This document shows, in pieces, positions 58,889-63,014 of a stretch of 63,014 nucleotides of DNA. Position numbers and translations under genes: made by a program. The stretch is from an uncultured virus (IMG/VR IMGVR_UViG_3300030380_002827) (taxonomy: Duplodnaviria > Heunggongvirae > Uroviricota > Caudoviricetes). Below the pieces are notes generated by a model. It did not search any database. It had not been told where the DNA came from and was given only the letters and a program-made list of their open reading frames with translations. Within the stretch, counting starts at the first letter, position 1; each line of letters opens with the position of its first letter. The DNA is taken from IMG/VR virus record IMGVR_UViG_3300030380_002827. The stretch is one strand, 5' to 3'.

Positions 58889-58947
58889 ATTATAGGGCAG
58901 TGACTCAAAGAATCAACTGCCCTTGTGCCAGTTTGTTTACTGGTCTA
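58889..58947 (-). promoter_or_regulatory. Early cassette 11
   Basis: tgtgccagt-ttgttt-actggtcta; TATAAT 29 bp away. Confidence 0.75.
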
Positions 58948-59239
58948 GTACCCAAAGACTTCCACCATCAAAGTCTTTAGAGTATCCATAATTTCTTACG
59001 AGCATATCTCTGACTCTCTCTCTATCAAGTGAGTCGCCATCGCCCCAAGTGAATATGTCACTATCTAAATCAGATATTAGTTGTAGATAGTCCTCTGTAG
59101 CAAGTGTAATGTCATCTTTAGTGACATTCATTTGATATAGTGCATCATCAGCACCGTAGAATGAAAAAACGTAATCAGTAAACTCATCAATTTGATTGAT
59201 GTCATACTTGTTTTTTCCGATAGCAACGATAGAAGTCAT
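58937..59239 (-). CDS. Early hypothetical protein
   Basis: 100 aa, F.DYVFSFYG...LY...GDSLDRERVRD. Confidence 0.7.
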   Translation of the reverse strand: MTSIVAIGKNKYDINQIDEFTDYVFSFYGADDALYQMNVTKDDITLATEDYLQLISDLDSDIFTWGDGDSLDRERVRDMLVRNYGYSKDFDGGSLWVLDQ

Positions 59240-59264
59240 AAACCTGTTTGTTTGTTATACTATC

Positions 59265-59323
59265 ATTATAGGGCAGTGATATTGAATATCAACCGCCCTT
59301 GTGCCACTTATTCAACTGTCACT
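59265..59323 (-). promoter_or_regulatory. Early cassette 12
   Basis: tgtgccact-tattca-actgtcact; TATAAT 29 bp away. Confidence 0.8.
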
Positions 59324-59503
59324 AGGTACTAGCATTTGTGGGATTCCATCATCAATATCCGCTAAACGTCCTAGTTTATGACGAATTTTCCTAAAATTGA
59401 CATTAAAATCGTCATTCAATTTGTCAGTAACCCTACAAGGCGTACCTAAGATAAGTTGTAGCAGAGCGTCACACTCTGCAGCAGTCAAGTTTGGGTCAGT
59501 CAT
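59312..59503 (-). CDS. Early hypothetical protein
   Basis: 63 aa; its stop lies in the palindrome spacer. Confidence 0.6.
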   Translation of the reverse strand: MTDPNLTAAECDALLQLILGTPCRVTDKLNDDFNVNFRKIRHKLGRLADIDDGIPQMLVPSDS

Positions 59504-59676
59504 TAGTCTTTAGGATACAAGTTTGTAATAATGTCAGCAAGTTGATTCAACTGATCTTCATTCATTAGTTCGATCATAGCATCAACTATATCATAGGGAG
59601 CGGAATTGTCCGCCTCCTCTAAGATTTCTGCTATCTCTGAAAATAGAGTAGTCTTTAAGTCATTTGGATATATCAT
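59503..59676 (-). CDS. Small acidic hypothetical protein (57 aa)
   Basis: Hand translation MIYPNDLKTTLFSEIAEILEEADNSAPYDIVDAMIELMNEDQLNQLADIITNLYPKD; coupled at both ends. Confidence 0.6.
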   Translation of the reverse strand: MIYPNDLKTTLFSEIAEILEEADNSAPYDIVDAMIELMNEDQLNQLADIITNLYPKD

Positions 59677-60152
59677 GCTGACATTAACTCCTGTGGATAG
59701 TCAGCAGGGATTTCTTCCTTGATAGGTGTGAAAGTATCGTTGAAATCCTTAGTTTTCTCATTCCAAAAACTAATACCATAGCATACCAAAGTTCCGTCTA
59801 GTTCTTTGATGTAAGCATACTCTCCACAACACTTGTTAGTGTCCTCAAAGAAGTGTGAAGTAGTTTTGTGATGTTTAGGAGCATTGTCATCAATAGACTC
59901 TCCTCTATCTGTGTAGTAACAAGGTTTGAACTCTCTGCCCTCTAGTTCCTCTGGTTCAGTAAGTTCCCAACCTGATTGAGTATGGCAACAACTCATGTCT
60001 CCACCATCAATAAGTTCAGCGATTGCTTCCCTAGTAGGAAAATGTTTGTTGAGAGTAACTCCCAACCACTGTGGATAACCGTCCCAATGATGATATGCGG
60101 ATAGGATTGAACCATCAGCAAGTCTAAGTCCGATTCTTGAATTTGTTGACAT
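59673..60152 (-). CDS. Conserved phage protein with an HWDGYP motif
   Basis: MST.SRIG......I.S.Y.HWDGYP..LG..L...LI.GGD.S ... EYAY; a widespread phage family of unknown function. Confidence 0.75.
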   Translation of the reverse strand: MSTNSRIGLRLADGSILSAYHHWDGYPQWLGVTLNKHFPTREAIAELIDGGDMSCCHTQSGWELTEPEELEGREFKPCYYTDRGESIDDNAPKHHKTTSHFFEDTNKCCGEYAYIKELDGTLVCYGISFWNEKTKDFNDTFTPIKEEIPADYPQELMSA

Positions 60153-60180
60153 GATTTGTTGTTTGTTTTGTTATGTACTT

Positions 60181-60239
60181 ATTATAGTATGGTAGGAATG
60201 GAAATCTACCACCTGTGTGCCACTAATCCAAGTGTCACA
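60181..60239 (-). promoter_or_regulatory. Early cassette 13
   Basis: tgtgccact-aatcca-agtgtcaca; TATAAT 29 bp away. Confidence 0.8.
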
Positions 60240-60492
60240 AGTTTGCTGGGTCGGAAGGCATTACCTGTGGTAAGATCATCAGTTGTAACCTATCAACAAC
60301 AGCGGGAACAAGTTTGCTACCATCAAAGGAGCAACTTCCGTCATCATTCTTGTTACCTAACTTCTCACAAATTGCATCACTAACTAACTCATATAGAGCG
60401 TTATGTGCCTTTGGATTGTTGTTAATATGTTCGATAACTTCCAATACCAAAGCATCAGCAAGTTTGTTTAATGTGTCCTTAGATAGTGTCAT
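60235..60492 (-). CDS. Early hypothetical protein
   Basis: 85 aa, LSKDTLNKLADAL..EVIEHI; GAGGA RBS. Confidence 0.65.
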   Translation of the reverse strand: MTLSKDTLNKLADALVLEVIEHINNNPKAHNALYELVSDAICEKLGNKNDDGSCSFDGSKLVPAVVDRLQLMILPQVMPSDPANL

Positions 60493-60635
60493 TTAATCCT
60501 CTTATCTTGATTTAAAGGGGAATTGAAATAGTCACGATTAACAACATAAAGTGTTACCATGGCGGTAAGAATACCAAAGAATCCGATAATCAAAATAGGA
60601 CTCTTAGGGAAGTCGTAGAAAGGAATTTCAGTCAT
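60489..60635 (-). CDS. Small single-pass membrane protein (48 aa)
   Basis: Hand translation MTEIPFYDFPKSPILIIGFFGILTAMVTLYVVNRDYFNSPLNQDKRIK; coupled at both ends. Confidence 0.6.
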   Translation of the reverse strand: MTEIPFYDFPKSPILIIGFFGILTAMVTLYVVNRDYFNSPLNQDKRIK

Positions 60636-60808
60636 TAGTTGTCGTATAGTGGGTAGTAAACTTCTGTGTCAACTGCGTGCTTCATAGTCTCATACATTGA
60701 AAACTCTGGGTCAGATAAGTCTTTGCAAGTTGATAAAATACTGATAACCTCTTCCATAAGGTTGACTATCATTTTTTCTTTTGGTGTGGTTTTTAGTTTT
60801 GATGCCAT
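60635..60808 (-). CDS. Early hypothetical protein (57 aa)
   Basis: Start moved to MASKLKTTPKE after the (AAAC)n leader. Confidence 0.6.
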   Translation of the reverse strand: MASKLKTTPKEKMIVNLMEEVISILSTCKDLSDPEFSMYETMKHAVDTEVYYPLYDN

Positions 60809-60826
60809 AATGTTTGTTTGTATAGT

Positions 60827-60889
60827 ATTATAATACAGGCAGTAGTATTTAAGTGCAACCACCTGTGTGCCAGTTTACAAATAGGTTAT
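60827..60889 (-). promoter_or_regulatory. Early cassette 14 (distal arm degenerate)
   Basis: tgtgccagt-ttacaa-ataggttat; TATTAT at 30 bp and TATAAT at 33 bp. Confidence 0.65.
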
Positions 60890-61228
60890 CTCTCCCTTTT
60901 CAACTGCCTCCTCTAGTTCATAATAGTTTGCTCTCTCTGCATCTATCTCTTCTTGATGATATTCAAATACCATATTCTGATAGATGTCGAACAAGTCCTG
61001 TAATACTACGCCTTCGAGGTCACTCCATGAACCAACATAGTCTAACTGTGTCTCATCATATCCACCCTTCTCAAAACTAGGAGCGGATACAAAATTCATT
61101 CCAATGTCAATAAAGAAATGTCTGCCATACTTCTCACTCACATGAGTTTTTGTTGGTATGAAATGGCAACCATGTTTGCCCTCTGGATCTCTCAAATCGT
61201 TGAAATCTCTATAAATGTATGTTCGCAT
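60875..61228 (-). CDS. Early hypothetical protein
   Basis: 117 aa; GGAGG RBS; its stop lies in the palindrome spacer. Confidence 0.65.
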   Translation of the reverse strand: MRTYIYRDFNDLRDPEGKHGCHFIPTKTHVSEKYGRHFFIDIGMNFVSAPSFEKGGYDETQLDYVGSWSDLEGVVLQDLFDIYQNMVFEYHQEEIDAERANYYELEEAVEKGEITYL

Positions 61229-61395
61229 TACAATTCCTCCACGTTTTCAATATTCCACTCTGACACATATTCATCTTCTACTTCAAATGAATTGATGTCA
61301 GCATGAGCAAGTTCTCTTGCCTGTTCCTCTGTGTCTGCTTCAACTAAGATAGTGAAGTAATTGACTTCAGAGCATTCTATTCTAAACTGATTCAT
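61228..61395 (-). CDS. Small acidic hypothetical protein (55 aa)
   Basis: Hand translation MNQFRIECSEVNYFTILVEADTEEQARELAHADINSFEVEDEYVSEWNIENVEEL; contains the VEA..EE.A motif common in small phage proteins. Confidence 0.65.
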   Translation of the reverse strand: MNQFRIECSEVNYFTILVEADTEEQARELAHADINSFEVEDEYVSEWNIENVEEL

Positions 61396-61577
61396 TATAT
61401 ACCTCCATCAACTGCTATCATTTTACGATAGATGTCATGAGAGATATAATCTCTTATATCATTTGAGAGATCAGGGTCATACTTTGTTTCTACTCTCTCT
61501 TTGAGTGAGAAGTAAGTCGGTTCAAATATCTCAAAGAGTCTATTGAACTCGGTGTCTGTTAGGATTAATGTTTTCAT
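61395..61577 (-). CDS. Early hypothetical protein
   Basis: 60 aa, coupled to its neighbours. Confidence 0.6.
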   Translation of the reverse strand: MKTLILTDTEFNRLFEIFEPTYFSLKERVETKYDPDLSNDIRDYISHDIYRKMIAVDGGI

Positions 61578-61777
61578 TGTTCAAGTTTTAGACGTAAGAG
61601 TGAATCAACAACCGATTCCATAGTTGCTTTAGAAAAACCAACTGCATAGGGATAATCTTTTGTGTAATCATCACTATTCTGTTCTGAAGCACCATAACAT
61701 ACTTCGATTGATTCATTGAGTGACTTAATGATTTGGTCAACAATGTAGGTTGGAATTTCAAGTCTTGAATACGGCAT
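61574..61777 (-). CDS. Early hypothetical protein
   Basis: 67 aa, YPYAVGFSKATM; GGAG RBS after the structured leader. Confidence 0.65.
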   Translation of the reverse strand: MPYSRLEIPTYIVDQIIKSLNESIEVCYGASEQNSDDYTKDYPYAVGFSKATMESVVDSLLRLKLEQ

Positions 61778-61796
61778 TGATCTCCATGTATTTGAG

Positions 61797-61879
61797 AGGG
61801 GGCAACTCAGATTGGCAGTTTGAGATTAAATCCTTCGAGTCAAAAGAACCGCTTCTTTTAACGGATCGCCTTGCCCCCT
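61797..61879 (-). ncRNA. Candidate structured 5' leader RNA (multi-stem junction)
   Basis: AGGGGGCAA/UUGCCCCCU closing stem around a GUUAAAAGAA-GCGG-UUCUUUUGAC hairpin; begins at the predicted transcription start. Confidence 0.55.
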
Positions 61880-61887
61880 ATGTTTCT

Positions 61888-61946
61888 ATTATAGTATGAT
61901 GAAATAGTATTTCATGCACCTATGTGCCACTTATTCAACTGGCACA
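61888..61946 (-). promoter_or_regulatory. Early cassette 15
   Basis: tgtgccact-tattca-actggcaca; TATAAT 29 bp away. Confidence 0.8.
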
Positions 61947-62878
61947 CCCCATGTCTTTTTCATATTGAAGTTTGCATAACTGAAGCGTTGACGTTTGATA
62001 AGTTTGTATGTACCATACTTGTTAGTCATCACATAACCCTCATGCTCATAGGGTTGACCATCAATAAGGCACTCAACATCTTTTGATGTAACGATACCTT
62101 GCATCAATAGTTCTTTAACTTCAATAATCATATTGTATAAGTGGAACAAGTTTTTTGAGTATCCTGTATCACTTGCAAGTTGATCGGGGTTAAGTTTCTT
62201 GCCTTCCCTCACATAACTGTTGACAATTACCTTTAGTGCTTTTCCTTCCTTGAGCGTGGGGAACTCGGTAAAACGTACCAACGTGCGGGCGAGAGTGAGC
62301 AAGAATTCAATCTTGACACTTAAGCGGTTATTCATAGTAGCATGAGTATCAACTTGATAGTGTCCTAAGTTGCGACAGTCAAGATTCCTATAATTATTGG
62401 GTCGATAATGGAATACTGCATCTAATTCTTGAATAGTTGCACCAATATACTGTGTATGAGTCGCTACAACTACTGACTGTTTGATGACCTTATCAAATTT
62501 GTATGTGATAGTATTAGGTTTGTAGGTATCATTACCACCATAACCAATAAAGTCACATTGATACACTCCATGATCTGTGGGTAGAGTCTCAAGGCAAGTG
62601 TGTAGAATACTTGCTACATTTGGGATATGACCATGATTAGTTTCAATATCTGTATGAGTATAGTTTATCTTGATCTTCTTCTTGTTGAATACTGATTTAG
62701 TGCCAACAAAGAATCTACCATTCTCAGGGTTGACTCCATACACGATAGCAGGGGCACCATCATACTTGACTGATATTTGATTTCTCTTGCTCTTCAAAAA
62801 CTTGATTACATCAATAGCACCACTCTTACCAAGAGTCAGGATACTATCTTCTGGGTGCTCTAGGTGTTTGTTCTTCAT
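61931..62878 (-). CDS. DUF6267-like protein with a KxDG nucleotidyltransferase/ligase-like motif (315 aa)
   Basis: KNKHLEHPED, SVKYDGAPAIV.G, FFVGTKSVFNK, YQCDF and HEGYV...GTYKL.KR..FS.ANF. Start placed at MKNKH because the upstream ATG lies within the promoter. Confidence 0.7.
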   Translation of the reverse strand: MKNKHLEHPEDSILTLGKSGAIDVIKFLKSKRNQISVKYDGAPAIVYGVNPENGRFFVGTKSVFNKKKIKINYTHTDIETNHGHIPNVASILHTCLETLPTDHGVYQCDFIGYGGNDTYKPNTITYKFDKVIKQSVVVATHTQYIGATIQELDAVFHYRPNNYRNLDCRNLGHYQVDTHATMNNRLSVKIEFLLTLARTLVRFTEFPTLKEGKALKVIVNSYVREGKKLNPDQLASDTGYSKNLFHLYNMIIEVKELLMQGIVTSKDVECLIDGQPYEHEGYVMTNKYGTYKLIKRQRFSYANFNMKKTWGVPVE

Positions 62879-62884
62879 ACTACC

Positions 62885-62943
62885 ATTATACACCATGGCA
62901 ACAGGAAATCAACCACCTGTGTGCCAGTTTATAAAGTGGGTGA
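62885..62943 (-). promoter_or_regulatory. Early cassette 16
   Basis: tgtgccagt-ttataa-agtgggtga; TTGATT and TATAAT, the latter 29 bp away. Confidence 0.75.
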
Positions 62944-63014
62944 GAGAGAAACGTGGGACTACTGTAATGGGTTTCACCCAAGAGTCCAAATTTACACTAT
63001 GGGAATCGCTTACA

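Larger units (their letters stand above)
52047..62943. repeat. Dispersed array of 16 palindrome-promoter cassettes (TGTGMCAST-N6-ASTGKCACA)
   Basis: Palindromes start at 52082, 52371, 52661, 53074, 53267, 55268, 56030, 56784, 57100, 57855, 58924, 59300, 60216, 60866, 61923 and 62920. Several have a degenerate distal arm. Confidence 0.9.

Noticed and set aside
52412..61306. Plus-strand ORFs in the early region (52412, 52651, 53517, 53754, 60156, 60314, 60853, 61118)
   Set aside because: They are antisense to tightly coupled minus-strand genes that have leaders or RBSs. The two near 53.5-53.9 kb lie downstream of plus-strand promoters but show no convincing RBS or protein features.
61797..61879. 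tRNA or hammerhead ribozyme
   Set aside because: No T-loop GTTCRA, anticodon arm or CCA end, and no CUGANGA/GAAA core in the required order.
52047..62943. CRISPR array interpretation of the repeated 24-bp palindromes
   Set aside because: Copies are hundreds of bases to 2 kb apart with genes between them, the repeat centres vary, and there are no cas genes.
52047..62943. Classical integron
   Set aside because: No integrase in the window and no attC-type RYYYAAC/GTTRRRY structure, and these cassettes carry their own promoters. Kept only as an analogy.

Overview
This window comes from a large T4-like marine myovirus, most likely a Prochlorococcus/Synechococcus cyanophage of the P-SSM2 type. 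That assignment is inferred from gene content and order, not from a database search. Essentially all genes are on the minus strand. Read in the direction of transcription (right to left) there are three zones. (1) About 51.8-63.0 kb is an AT-rich early region of roughly 35 small hypothetical genes built as repeated cassettes. I found 16 copies of a 24-bp 9-6-9 palindrome (TGTGMCAST-N6-ASTGKCACA), usually 29-30 bp from a TATAAT box, and most copies are followed by an SD-less (AAAC)n leader. (2) About 48-51.6 kb holds small accessory genes, including a GT2-like glycosyltransferase and a 2OG-Fe(II) oxygenase. (3) About 0-48 kb is the late structural module: gp25, gp6, gp7, a gp9-like protein, a 3005-aa repeat protein, gp8, a VrlC-like protein, a 1551-aa repeat protein, a tail fibre, three tandem Cys-rich glycine-rich-domain paralogs, a tail chaperone, a 2OG oxygenase and a GT9-like transferase, with T4-type late promoters and intrinsic terminators. 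The main observations are these. The upstream gene usually stops inside the palindrome, which resembles a mobile cassette junction. About 1,277 codons of the +1 frame inside the 1551-aa gene carry no stop codon. Two antisense sigma70-type promoters fire into a non-coding AT-rich stretch that may be an origin. There is a structured 5' leader RNA, and there is a Cys-rich fibre-tip cassette. All product calls come from motif recognition by eye.
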